NCBI GenBank assembly: GCA_039714075.1 | Contig: JBDLKA010000073.1 | Location: forward strand, 1 to 18,344 | Length of the DNA stretch: 18,344 nt | Source of the DNA: Candidatus Krumholzibacteriota bacterium | Lineage (GTDB): Bacteria; Krumholzibacteriota; Krumholzibacteriia; LZORAL124-64-63 | Direction: 5' to 3' | Notes under the pieces: generated by a model | Seen by the model: the letters and a program-made list of their open reading frames with translations, nothing else | Databases searched by the model: none | Told to the model about the DNA's origin: nothing | Position numbers and translations under genes: made by a program | Shown: one piece after another, positions 1 through 8,745 of the stretch | How the letters are laid out: each line of letters begins with the position of its first letter | How positions within the stretch are numbered: the first letter of the stretch is position 1

Positions 1-712
1 GGGGATGGGCCGCGAAGTCGACCGAAAGTTTCCCCGTCAGGCGGCCCGTCGATCTGCGGGCGGTCAACGACGTCACCCCGAGCACCCTGGAGGCAAATCC
101 CCCCTCGAGGTCGAGGTCGGTGTAGGGAGCGTCCTGAAGGACCAGCGTATCGGCCGTGGCGGTGAAGGAAAAAGTCAGGTCCTCCGGCATTATCCCGCCT
201 GGAGGCGCACCCGGTGCGGCAAGGCCGGGCGCGGGCTTGTCCAGTTCCAGATTCAGATCCGTCAGGCGGATCCTGTAAGCCGCGGCCGCGGCCTCACCCT
301 CGTTCCACCGGACCGCCAGTCCCGGCCCCGACAAGTCGATCGCCCGGACCTCCAGCTTCTTCTGCAGCAAGGGCCACAGGGCCACCACCAGACTCAATTC
401 CCGGACTTCGACCGCATAGGATTCCAGATCGTTGGCCGACCCCGTGGCGGCCGCCAGGGCGGCGCCCGTGCCGCTGATGGATCCATCGGTCAGGGTCAGA
501 CGCCAATTCCCCCGCCACCGGACGCTGGTCCCGGCAAGAGAGACCTCGGCCCCGGTGGCGCGGGCCACTTCCCGTTCGATCCGGTCGGTGAAGACGTCGG
601 CGGGGATCAGCCTCGGGAGCAACAGAACAAAAGCTGCCATGACCAGCAGGATGATCCCGCCGGTTACGAGCAATCCGCGCCTGGATTGTTTCATCAACCT
701 GGGCTTTTTCAT
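1..712 (-). CDS. AsmA-like family envelope protein, N-terminal part (runs off the left edge)
   Basis: Not in the ORF track because there is no stop in the window. Manual translation from ATG 712 (alternative 694) gives MKKPRLMKQSRRGLLVTGGIILLVMAAFVLLLPRLIPADVFTDRIEREVARATG...LWPLLQKKLEVRAIDLSGP: a basic N-terminus, one TM anchor, a helix ending in ATG, and a 'PLL..l.v..i.l..P' pattern typical of AsmA N-termini. A purine-rich AAAGGAAA lies upstream, and the start is 25 nt after the mnmA stop. Confidence 0.7.
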   Translation of the reverse strand, partial: MKKPRLMKQSRRGLLVTGGIILLVMAAFVLLLPRLIPADVFTDRIEREVARATGAEVSLAGTSVRWRGNWRLTLTDGSISGTGAALAAATGSANDLESYAVEVRELSLVVALWPLLQKKLEVRAIDLSGPGLAVRWNEGEAAAAAYRIRLTDLNLELDKPAPGLAAPGAPPGGIMPEDLTFSFTATADTLVLQDAPYTDLDLEGGFASRVLGVTSLTARRSTGRLTGKLSVDFAAHP

Positions 713-737
713 AAATCTGGATTTCCTTTTTTCGTTT

Positions 738-1913
738 CTATCTGTCCGGGGAAATAATCCGGCCTCCGCCCAGTACCATGTCGCCCGCGTACAGGACCAT
801 TCCCTGCCCCGGGGCGGCGCCGTCCACGGACTCGGCAAGCTCCACCCTGATGCGGTCGCCTTCGCGGGACCAGCGGTCCACCCCGGCCCCGGTGTGGCGG
901 TGGCGGATGCTCAGGACCACCTCGCCATATTCGCCACCGGCCGGCGTCCCGGGATCGTGTCTGTCCCAACGAGCGGGCAGGTCCGGAACGGCGGCGGTGA
1001 AGTCGTCTCCCGAAACCGTCAGGGTCTCCAGTTCATGGCGCGGGCCGACCACCAGGCGGCCGCCGTCCAGATCGAGTTCCAGGACGTACAGGGGATCCGG
1101 CGCGGCCACGCCCAACCCCTTGCGCTGGCCCACCGTGTAATGGATCAAACCCTTGTGACGGCCCAGCACGTTGCCCGCCCTGTCGACGATCTCCCCGGGC
1201 AGCAACGCATGGTTTTCGTGGTCGGGAATCTGCTCGAACAGGAAGGTCCGGTCCCCGTCAGGGACAAAGCAGATCTCCTGGCTGTCGCGCTTGTCCGCCA
1301 CCCGGATGCCCAGTTGCCGGGCGGCCTCGCGCACCTGGGTCTTGACGTACCAGCCCAGCGGAAAAACCAGGCGGCCGAACAAGGCACGGTCGATGCGATG
1401 CAGGAAATAGGACTGGTCCTTGTCCGGATCGAGGCCCCGCAGCAGGCGGGCATCCGGCCCGCTGCCGGAGATCCTGGCATAGTGCCCCGTGGCCGCGAAC
1501 TTGCAGCCCTGGCGTTCAGCCAGGCGGACCAGTTCGGGAAACCGGACCACCCCGTTGCAGTCCAGGCAGGGATTGGGCGTGCGCGCCCGGGCATAATCGG
1601 CCACGAACGGTTCGATGACTTCCTGCCGGAAGGGACGCTCGACATCCCCCACCCAGTGGGGCGCGTCGAAACTCCGGGCCAGGCGGCGGGCCTCGTCGAT
1701 GGCGTCCAGGGAACAGCACGACTTGTCGGTGAAGGCGTCATCGTCGGAGTAGCAGAAGTTCTTGAAGGTGACGCACTGCACGTCGCATTCCAGCGCCCGC
1801 AGCAGGGCCAGGGTCACCGCGCTGTCCACCCCGCCGCTGATCCCCAGCAGGATCCCCGTGCCGGGCGGCAGAACCCGGCGCAGGGAATCGGGAATCGGCA
1901 GCGGAAAGGTCAA
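738..1913 (-). CDS. mnmA: tRNA 2-thiouridine(34) synthase MnmA
   Basis: PP-loop SGGVDS, TPNPCLDCN, ATGHYA, KDQSYFL, SQEICF, YTVGQRKGL and PGQ motifs. The TTG start overlaps the upstream gene's stop (TTGA). Confidence 0.97.
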   Translation of the reverse strand: MTFPLPIPDSLRRVLPPGTGILLGISGGVDSAVTLALLRALECDVQCVTFKNFCYSDDDAFTDKSCCSLDAIDEARRLARSFDAPHWVGDVERPFRQEVIEPFVADYARARTPNPCLDCNGVVRFPELVRLAERQGCKFAATGHYARISGSGPDARLLRGLDPDKDQSYFLHRIDRALFGRLVFPLGWYVKTQVREAARQLGIRVADKRDSQEICFVPDGDRTFLFEQIPDHENHALLPGEIVDRAGNVLGRHKGLIHYTVGQRKGLGVAAPDPLYVLELDLDGGRLVVGPRHELETLTVSGDDFTAAVPDLPARWDRHDPGTPAGGEYGEVVLSIRHRHTGAGVDRWSREGDRIRVELAESVDGAAPGQGMVLYAGDMVLGGGRIISPDR

Positions 1914-2662
1914 TGGTCGATCGGCGGCGTGGGTGCGTTCATCAGGTCATGGACGATCTTGATGTTCTCCCGCGAGCGGTCGCCGATATCACCGTCGGGA
2001 TCGTACTTGGAGGCCAGTTCCCATTCCTTGAGGGCTTCCCGGTAGATCTTCGCCTCGGCGAACATGATGGCGATGTTGTAGTGCGCCAGCGAACTCTCCG
2101 GGTTGTATTCGAGGGCCTTCTTGAACTCGGCCATGGCTTCGGTCGTCCGCCGCTGCCGCAGGTAGAGCGAGCCCAGGTTGCAGCGGGCCTTCTCGTCGGA
2201 CGGGTCGATATCCAGGGCCATGGTGTAGAACTTGTTGGCCTGGTCGATCCGTTCCTGGTACTGCGTCCGGTCGCCCATCGTCTCGGCGCGGTCGTCCCAG
2301 ATGGACCCCAGGTTGACCATGGGTTCGATGAAGGTGCTGTCCTGGGCCACCGCCAGGTTGAAATAGACTTCCGCGCTGTCCAACAGGGACTGCGCTCCGG
2401 GATTGGTCCAGCCGCCGACACGGGCGCTGTCGCCCGCGCTGCTGTAGAACCGGTTGCCGAGGACAAAATTCGCATAGGAATTGTAGGGGGCTTCTCCCCT
2501 GGAGATCAGCCGCAGGGTGTCCTCCAGTGCCTGGCCCTCGAATTCGGAAGTCCGGGTGATGAACATTTCGAGATCCGTTTGGGGGACGCCGTCCTTGCAA
2601 CCGGACATCAGGCCCGCCACCATCACCACAACGAAAAAAGCTAATGCCAATTCACGACGCAT
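1910..2662 (-). CDS. Tetratricopeptide-repeat (TPR) lipoprotein
   Basis: Likely start is ATG 2662 with a GGAGA RBS (the track starts at 2707). Signal MRRELALAFFVVVMVAGLMSG-C ends in a lipobox. C-terminal TPRs include ARCNLGSLY...A...FKKALEYNP and AHYNIA...A...W..A..YDP. Confidence 0.85.
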   Translation of the reverse strand: MRRELALAFFVVVMVAGLMSGCKDGVPQTDLEMFITRTSEFEGQALEDTLRLISRGEAPYNSYANFVLGNRFYSSAGDSARVGGWTNPGAQSLLDSAEVYFNLAVAQDSTFIEPMVNLGSIWDDRAETMGDRTQYQERIDQANKFYTMALDIDPSDEKARCNLGSLYLRQRRTTEAMAEFKKALEYNPESSLAHYNIAIMFAEAKIYREALKEWELASKYDPDGDIGDRSRENIKIVHDLMNAPTPPIDH

Positions 2663-2714
2663 GGATCGTTCTCCCTGAAATTGAGTTGATACCCGGACCG
2701 GCAACACCGGTATT

Positions 2715-3986
2715 CTACCACCAGCGTTCCAGGCCCGTCACCGAAATGGTCAACCGCCAGATCTCGCTTTCGAGCCCGTTCTTCTCCAGATCACCGATCA
2801 AACCGTAGGAAACCGCCACGTCCAGTTCACCCAGGTTCCGGCGGAAGGGGAAGCCGGTGCCGATGCTGATCATCTTCTCTTCTACCGGTTCCGCCGCGCC
2901 GGGCTTCCCGCCCACGCCGTAGGCCCAGCGCTTGTAGCTGACGCCCAGGCGGAGGGGCAGATTGGACATGCCGCCCCGGCGCACAAATCCCTTCATGCGT
3001 TCCAGACCGACGGAAAAACCGTATTCGTCCTCCATGTCGGCCATCCATTCCTCGGGTCCGGTGAACTCGCTGAAAGGCTGGTAATGGCCGTCGGCCCCCA
3101 GGCGCCATCTCCCGACGGGGCGCAGCTGGATGCCCGCCATGTATTCGTCGGGCATCTGCATGGTATAGGAGGTCAAATACCTTTCGCTCAACCCCAGATG
3201 GGTCACCTTACGGTCCGCCTCCACCTTGTGGGCGGGAGTCCAGGAGGCGCCCGCCTGGAGCCACGAAAACGGTTCCACCAGAATGCCCCAGGTCCGGGAA
3301 GTCCCGTGGAATTCGTCATAGGTTTCCTTGACGTTCGTCTGGTAGAACGGACCATCGGAACTGGACGGGCTGGTAAAGAAGTTGTTCATGGTGGCCTTGA
3401 GCGATCCGGCTTCCAGGTTGACCGAGCCGCTGACGGACAATCCCGGCAGGATTTTCAGGGCCGCGCCGAACGGCACCCGGAAACGGTTTCCTATCCGGTT
3501 GAACTGCTGGTTGCCGCTGATGGTGTCACCCCAGACCTCGCCCCACGCCGTGTCGACCAGCGTGTGATACTGGGTGGTCCGGTGCACGACCAGGCCCGCG
3601 GTCACGGCCAACCTGTTCTTCACCACCGGGGCCGCCACGCGGATATCGGGCGCGAAGACCCTCGTATTGGTTCTTTCGCCCCCGGCGTCACGTGACATCA
3701 TCTGATCGCCGTATCCGGTGAACTTCAGCACGATGTGCCGCAGCGACGACAATGAGGACAGGTTCTTGAAGCCCGGATTGAGCGAGTCGGAAACAGCCAT
3801 GCCCCAACCGCCGCGGGCGGTCATCCGGGCATCATCGGTGGCGGTGCGCTGGCCGATATTCGCCAGGGCGAAGGGAGTCTGGGCCGCCGCCGGTAGGGAA
3901 ACCACGACCGCCAGAACAAGCGCCAGGACAACCACCGCGGCGTCCCGGGACCTCAGGTTGAATGATCTTTGCAAAAAGGTGGACAT
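2715..3986 (-). CDS. Outer-membrane beta-barrel protein, FadL/OmpP1/PorV-like superfamily
   Basis: Sec signal ending AAA-Q, N-terminal 'GGWGMA...NP' plug-like segment, amphipathic beta strands, LRLG motif and aromatic C-terminus (ERWW). The start overlaps the upstream stop (TAATG). Confidence 0.7.
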   Translation of the reverse strand: MSTFLQRSFNLRSRDAAVVVLALVLAVVVSLPAAAQTPFALANIGQRTATDDARMTARGGWGMAVSDSLNPGFKNLSSLSSLRHIVLKFTGYGDQMMSRDAGGERTNTRVFAPDIRVAAPVVKNRLAVTAGLVVHRTTQYHTLVDTAWGEVWGDTISGNQQFNRIGNRFRVPFGAALKILPGLSVSGSVNLEAGSLKATMNNFFTSPSSSDGPFYQTNVKETYDEFHGTSRTWGILVEPFSWLQAGASWTPAHKVEADRKVTHLGLSERYLTSYTMQMPDEYMAGIQLRPVGRWRLGADGHYQPFSEFTGPEEWMADMEDEYGFSVGLERMKGFVRRGGMSNLPLRLGVSYKRWAYGVGGKPGAAEPVEEKMISIGTGFPFRRNLGELDVAVSYGLIGDLEKNGLESEIWRLTISVTGLERWW

Positions 3987-5422
3987 TATTGCCCTCCCTT
4001 CTCGAGATCATCGACCAGGCTGTAGGTGATCTTCAGTTGGGGCCGCTGGGCGGGATCCGCCGCGGCGGTGCCCAGGAACCGGAACTCCCGGTAGTAGAAA
4101 TCCGGATTCACTCCGGCCGAGAAACCTTCCGGCAGGAAATCCTCGCCACCGGTGAGGATAAGCCCCCGCGTCCCCGTATAGACCTGGTTGACCACCCGGA
4201 GGACCGCCTGGGTCACATCGAATTGGATGGTCGCGTGTAAGCGGGGATCCAGGCTTGTCTGCCCGGTGATGTGGAAACTGTGGTAATCGTGCCGGTCATC
4301 GAGATCATCCAGCAGGATGGTGGCATAGGGATCGCCGAAACGTTCCACGTCCCACTCCAGAACCGAAATGGCGCCCAGGTTGCCCAAGGCGGCGAGCGTG
4401 TCGTTGGTGACACTGAGCAGGGCCCGGTTGATGAAGGCGTTCGGCGGCAGCCCGGAAAGATCGAACTGCAGGGCCGGATAAGACCGCAGGCCCGTCCGCA
4501 GCATGAACCCTCCGTCCACGTCCGGCTGCGCGGCGCCGACCTGGTCGAAGGTGCTGGTGTCCGCGAAGGGTTCCATCAGGTAGAACTGGTTGGTATCCAC
4601 GTAGTCGTTTTCGAATTCCACCACGAAATTGGGCGCCACCACGGTCCCCTTCGCCAGGTCGCTGAACTCACTGAATTTTCTGGTGTCCCGGGAACCGAAT
4701 CCCACCAGGCCCGGGTCCGAAGGAGTATCCAGCTGCACCACGATGCCGATGGGCGCACCTTCATCGAACCAGCGCACGAAATCCGCGGGATACATGCGCA
4801 GGAAGGGCTCGTCCGACTCGTTGGGCTCCTGGAAATCCGAATTCAACAGAGGGGCCAGAACCGGCGGCACCACGTTTTCACCCCAGCCGCTGTAGTCCTC
4901 CGGGTCGAAGGGGGTCTCGAGCTGCTTGAGAAGATAATAGAGGTCCACGGGCTGGCCGGTGGGCTTGTCACGGTCGGGAGTGTCGTCGTCCACATCCCGC
5001 AGGTAGGCCTGGTAGAATCTCGGTTTGAGCAGGCTGAACTTGACCGTCTTGATGTTCTCCACCGTAAACAGGCTGTCGGGAAAGGCAACCGTGTCCCGGG
5101 GAACGGTCTCACTGTCAAAGCTGAAGTCGAAGTTGGCGAGGATCGAAGAGCGGGTATCTCCCTGTTCCCCGAGATAGACCAGCTGCTGTTCGTGCACCGG
5201 GATTTCCGGGTTCTCCACCTTCAGGGCGGAATACCGGGTGACCTCCTCCACGCCCAGGGGAACCAGGACCGTGTCGATCCTGTCGGTCACCAGGCCCGTC
5301 CCGACGACATTGGGTTCATCGCTGGTGCAGCCGGCGGCCGCCAGAATCAGCAGGGCCGCCACGAAAGCCGGCCACACGATGTAGCGACCGGGTCTTGAGG
5401 GATGGACGTTGGTGGGCTTCAA
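3986..5422 (-). CDS. Large acidic lipoprotein, reminiscent of DUF4270-type FCB lipoproteins
   Basis: TTG start with AAGGAGAGG RBS, hydrophobic signal and AAAG-C lipobox, 'C..D...VG..L' after the lipid Cys, and C-terminal 'RPQLKITYS'. The family name is by resemblance only. Confidence 0.7.
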   Translation of the reverse strand: MKPTNVHPSRPGRYIVWPAFVAALLILAAAGCTSDEPNVVGTGLVTDRIDTVLVPLGVEEVTRYSALKVENPEIPVHEQQLVYLGEQGDTRSSILANFDFSFDSETVPRDTVAFPDSLFTVENIKTVKFSLLKPRFYQAYLRDVDDDTPDRDKPTGQPVDLYYLLKQLETPFDPEDYSGWGENVVPPVLAPLLNSDFQEPNESDEPFLRMYPADFVRWFDEGAPIGIVVQLDTPSDPGLVGFGSRDTRKFSEFSDLAKGTVVAPNFVVEFENDYVDTNQFYLMEPFADTSTFDQVGAAQPDVDGGFMLRTGLRSYPALQFDLSGLPPNAFINRALLSVTNDTLAALGNLGAISVLEWDVERFGDPYATILLDDLDDRHDYHSFHITGQTSLDPRLHATIQFDVTQAVLRVVNQVYTGTRGLILTGGEDFLPEGFSAGVNPDFYYREFRFLGTAAADPAQRPQLKITYSLVDDLEKGGQ

Positions 5423-5441
5423 ATTCGCCTCTCCTTGGGTG

Positions 5442-5852
5442 TCAGCGCGCCGCCGGCACGCGGGCCGACAGGCTGACGCGGTTGAAACCGCTCCGTTTGA
5501 TGGTGTCGATCAATTCCACCACGTCACCGTGGGCGGCCTTTTCGTCCGCCCGGAGAACCATGCGGTCCTCGCCGGTTTCGGTGTGCATTTTCTCGAGTCG
5601 GCCGGCCAGGGTCTCCAGGTCGATCAACATGTCGTTAAGGTAGACCACGCCGTCGGCGGACAGGTACAGGATCGCCGGGGTGTCCACCGTCTCCGAAGCC
5701 GTGGCGCTGCGGGGAAGAACCAGGTTGATCGCCGGCTGGTTCTTGAAGGTCGACGTGACCATGAAGAAGATCAGCAGCAGAAACATCACGTCGATCAGCG
5801 TGGTGATGTTTATGATCAGCCCGCGGCCCTTTTTTCGGGGACGGAAATTCAT
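5442..5852 (-). CDS. exbD: Biopolymer transporter ExbD/TolR
   Basis: INITTLIDVMFLLLIFFMVT TM segment with the conserved Asp, and periplasmic 'LRADEKA.HG.VV..ID' motif. ATGA overlap with exbB. Confidence 0.93.
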   Translation of the reverse strand: MNFRPRKKGRGLIINITTLIDVMFLLLIFFMVTSTFKNQPAINLVLPRSATASETVDTPAILYLSADGVVYLNDMLIDLETLAGRLEKMHTETGEDRMVLRADEKAAHGDVVELIDTIKRSGFNRVSLSARVPAAR

Positions 5853-6502
5853 CGGCCCGCCGCCGTTCCGGCTTCATGTCCGGCGGCGGTCTGTTCGACC
5901 TGGCGCCGGCGCAGCGTGTCCAGGACCTTGGAGGAATAGAACTCCAGGTCAAAGATGATACGATCGGCCCGGCCGTTCAACCAATTGTAGGCCACCAGTG
6001 CGGGAATACCGATGATCAGGCCCGCCGCGGTGGTCACCATGGCCTCGCTGATCCCGCTGGAAAGCGTTTCGGGATTCCCCAGCCCGGCCAGGGAAATGGT
6101 CGCGAATACCCGGATCATGCCGAGCACCGTGCCGAGCAGCCCCAGCAGGGGCGACACCGCCGCCACGGTCTCGAGAACCCCCAGCCGGCGCGTCAGCAGC
6201 GTGGACTCCTGGCGTCCGGTTTCCTCCAGAACGTCACGGATGACGGTCCAGTCGTTGTCGGCGTGGTCCAGGCCGGCCCGCACCAGGTTGGCGAAGGGCC
6301 CCGGCTGCCGGTCGCAGATGGCGTAGGCCACCGACAGATCCTTGCTCGCGGACAGGGTCATGACCGCTTCGGCGATTTCCGGAATGATGATCCGCCGCTG
6401 CCGCAGCACGTAGATTCGTTCGATGAGCACCGCCATCCCCACCAGCGAAGCCAGGGAAATGGGGATCATCATGTAGCGTCCGGCCAGTATCATTTCCCAC
6501 AT
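5849..6502 (-). CDS. exbB: MotA/TolQ/ExbB proton channel protein
   Basis: PLLGLLGTVLGMI..F and GISEAMVTTAAGL..GIPA signature segments, three TM helices, GGAGG RBS. Confidence 0.94.
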   Translation of the reverse strand: MWEMILAGRYMMIPISLASLVGMAVLIERIYVLRQRRIIIPEIAEAVMTLSASKDLSVAYAICDRQPGPFANLVRAGLDHADNDWTVIRDVLEETGRQESTLLTRRLGVLETVAAVSPLLGLLGTVLGMIRVFATISLAGLGNPETLSSGISEAMVTTAAGLIIGIPALVAYNWLNGRADRIIFDLEFYSSKVLDTLRRRQVEQTAAGHEAGTAAGR

Positions 6503-6568
6503 TCGGGATCAAACCTCCGTCATTGAAATGGCAGGGGTGATTCTTCCCCGCGCCGCGCCGTCATATCC

Positions 6569-7609
6569 TCAACGCCGGAACGCAGGATAGTGCAGGCCAA
6601 GGGTGATAACAAGATTCTCTTCCGGAAAATGCTCGGGAAGAGGCCAATAGGGAGCAAAAGCCTTCAAGGCGGCTTCGGACGCGTCGTGCAGGGAATCGTG
6701 GCCATCGGTTTCCAGGACCTCCATGGACTGGACCCTGCCGTCCTTCCGAATGACCAGCTTGATCACGGTCATGCCGCTGATCACCCCGATCCGGTAGGCG
6801 TAGGGCGCCATCCAGTGGCGGTACAGTTCGTTCTGGAACCGGGTCATCCAGGGGGCGTAATCCCATTCATAGGTGTTCAGGCTGTAGTCGCCGTTGAAGG
6901 CCACGCCCGCCTGGACCTTGCCCCGGGCCACCTGGTTGAAATCGAAACCGCGGTCCCCCACGGCTCCCTGCTCGCCCTCCTTGAGGATCGTGGGCGCCTC
7001 GCCGCCCCACCAGTCCTCCAGTTCGGGTTGTTTCTCGTCCTGCCGGTCGGCCTGTTCCCCTTCGTCGGCCCCGCCGGATTCGGAATCTTCCCGGGGCAGG
7101 ACCCATTCACCGGAGGGGTCGATGTCCTCGCCCTCGACTTTTTCCCGTTCCTGTCCCGCGGCCCCCGTCTCCGTCGGGCTGGTGGCCGACTCGGTTTCGG
7201 GCAGAGGCTGTTGCGCGTTCTGGACACCGTCGGCGCCGGCTTTTTCATCCTTTTGGATCCGGACCTGCTCCGCCAGCCATTCCTCGTCCGCGGACGGCGT
7301 ATCGGAATCACCGCCCAATTTGTTGTCCGCCGCCAGGGAATGGTGCTGGGCCAGATAGTCCGGATTCTCCGGCGCGGTCTCACTGGCCTGGCGTTCGGGC
7401 ACCGCCGTAAAAGCCTGGGGCAGTTCGTCGGCCGGATCGGCGGGCTCCTCGTCCGGCATCAGGAACAGTTCGACTTCCCTTTCCAGGTCGTCGGCCATGG
7501 CGGAGTCCACCGAGGGAGTCAGGGGGATGCGCCACGTCACCGCCGCCAGCACCAGATGCAACAGCAACGACAGGGCGAAGGCTCCCTGAATGACTCTTCT
7601 TTCCTGCAT
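6569..7609 (-). CDS. TonB/TolA-family energy transducer
   Basis: Probable start is ATG 7609 (the track extends to 7663). N-terminal TM with S-x3-H (SLLLH), long acidic linker, and a C-terminal TonB/TolA-like domain (...LVIRKDGRV.......G...L..A...A....APY.PLP). Lies directly upstream of exbB/exbD. Confidence 0.85.
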   Translation of the reverse strand: MQERRVIQGAFALSLLLHLVLAAVTWRIPLTPSVDSAMADDLEREVELFLMPDEEPADPADELPQAFTAVPERQASETAPENPDYLAQHHSLAADNKLGGDSDTPSADEEWLAEQVRIQKDEKAGADGVQNAQQPLPETESATSPTETGAAGQEREKVEGEDIDPSGEWVLPREDSESGGADEGEQADRQDEKQPELEDWWGGEAPTILKEGEQGAVGDRGFDFNQVARGKVQAGVAFNGDYSLNTYEWDYAPWMTRFQNELYRHWMAPYAYRIGVISGMTVIKLVIRKDGRVQSMEVLETDGHDSLHDASEAALKAFAPYWPLPEHFPEENLVITLGLHYPAFRR

Positions 7610-7719
7610 CGGTACGACTTTCCCGCAATTCCCGTTTGAAGCAGACATCCACCAGGCAGTCACCGGAGGCGACTGCTGGGGAAAAGGTACCCCGTGCCGG
7701 TCTTAATTGCCAACCCGGG

Positions 7720-7748
7720 TTGACGAAACCCCCGGGCTCGCCCATGCT
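7720..7748 (+). promoter_or_regulatory. Candidate sigma70 promoter for murB
   Basis: TTGACG-N17-CATGCT, ending 40 nt upstream of ATG 7789. Confidence 0.4.
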
Positions 7749-7788
7749 TGATCCTGCCGGCTGATGGTTGCCGGGGAATGGATCTGCC

Positions 7789-8724
7789 ATGGAAGACGCC
7801 CGGACATTCCGGACATTGCTGGAATCGCTGCCGCCGGACCTGCAATCCCAGGTCCTGCAGTCGGTTCCCCTCAAGACACTGACATCCCTGCGGGTTGGCG
7901 GCCCCGCCGCTTTGGTGTGCCCGATACGAAACCCCGAACTCGCCCTCCGGTTCCAGGACCTGGCCCATAATCACGGAATTCCCTTTTTCATCCTCGGCGG
8001 AGGCAGCAACGTCCTGGCCGACGACCGGGGATTCGGCGGCCTAATCCTCCAGGTGGCCACCGAAAACCTGGAATTCACTGGAGATACTGTCCGCGCCGGA
8101 GCGGGTTTGTCCTTCGACGGCCTCATCGAGAGCACCCTGGACAGGGGCCTGACCGGGCTGGAATTCGCCTCGGGCATTCCCGGCACCCTGGGCGGCGCCC
8201 TGGTGGGCAACGCGGGCTGCTACGGTCACGAAATCGGCGAATTCCTGCTGGAGGCCCTGCTGCTGCGCCCGGACGGAGGCCTAGAAACGGTCGGACCGGA
8301 AGATTTCGGTTTCCGCTACCGGGAAACGGCCCTCAGGGAAACCGGCACCGTTGTCCTGGAGGCGGTCCTGCGGCTCGGGCGGGGCAACGTGGAGCAGGCG
8401 GCCGCCCTGCGCCGGGAAAAGATCCTCGACCGGCAGGCCAAACATCCGGTGGACCTGCCCAGCGCCGGCAGCTGGTTCCGCAACCTGCCCCCCGCCGAAC
8501 CGGGCGGCCGCCGGCGGGCGGCGGGCGTCCTGCTGGAAGAAGCCGGCGCCAAGGAAATGCGTGAAGGGAACGCCCGGGTTTTCGCCAAACACGCCAACAT
8601 GATCGTCAACACCGGCAACGCCACCAGTGCGGAAATCCTGAGACTGGCCTCCCGCATGAAAGAAGCGGTGCGGGAAAAATTCGGGATCGAACTCGTGGAG
8701 GAAGTCAGGTATCTCGACCCTTAG
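7789..8724 (+). CDS. murB: UDP-N-acetylenolpyruvoylglucosamine reductase MurB
   Basis: VGGPA, GGGSN, GIPGTLGGAL.GNAG, FRYR, SAGS.F.N, HAN and C-terminal EV motifs. Start is ATG 7789 or TTG 7768. Confidence 0.96.
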   Translation: MEDARTFRTLLESLPPDLQSQVLQSVPLKTLTSLRVGGPAALVCPIRNPELALRFQDLAHNHGIPFFILGGGSNVLADDRGFGGLILQVATENLEFTGDTVRAGAGLSFDGLIESTLDRGLTGLEFASGIPGTLGGALVGNAGCYGHEIGEFLLEALLLRPDGGLETVGPEDFGFRYRETALRETGTVVLEAVLRLGRGNVEQAAALRREKILDRQAKHPVDLPSAGSWFRNLPPAEPGGRRRAAGVLLEEAGAKEMREGNARVFAKHANMIVNTGNATSAEILRLASRMKEAVREKFGIELVEEVRYLDP

Positions 8725-8745
8725 CATCTGGACGAATCACCGGGT

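Noticed and set aside
5..2644. Long plus-strand ORFs (5-757, 432-2045, 1913-2644)
   Set aside because: Antisense shadows of the asmA-like, mnmA and TPR genes in GC-rich DNA, with no recognisable motifs.
6522..6566. Tiny minus-strand ORF MTARRGEESPLPFQ between tonB and exbB
   Set aside because: RBS spacing is too short and there is no other support.
7612..7640. Cobalamin-riboswitch-like AAACGGGAA...GAAAGTC upstream of tonB
   Set aside because: The downstream conserved elements (CCCGC.ACTGT, B12 box) are missing and the match abuts the start codon.
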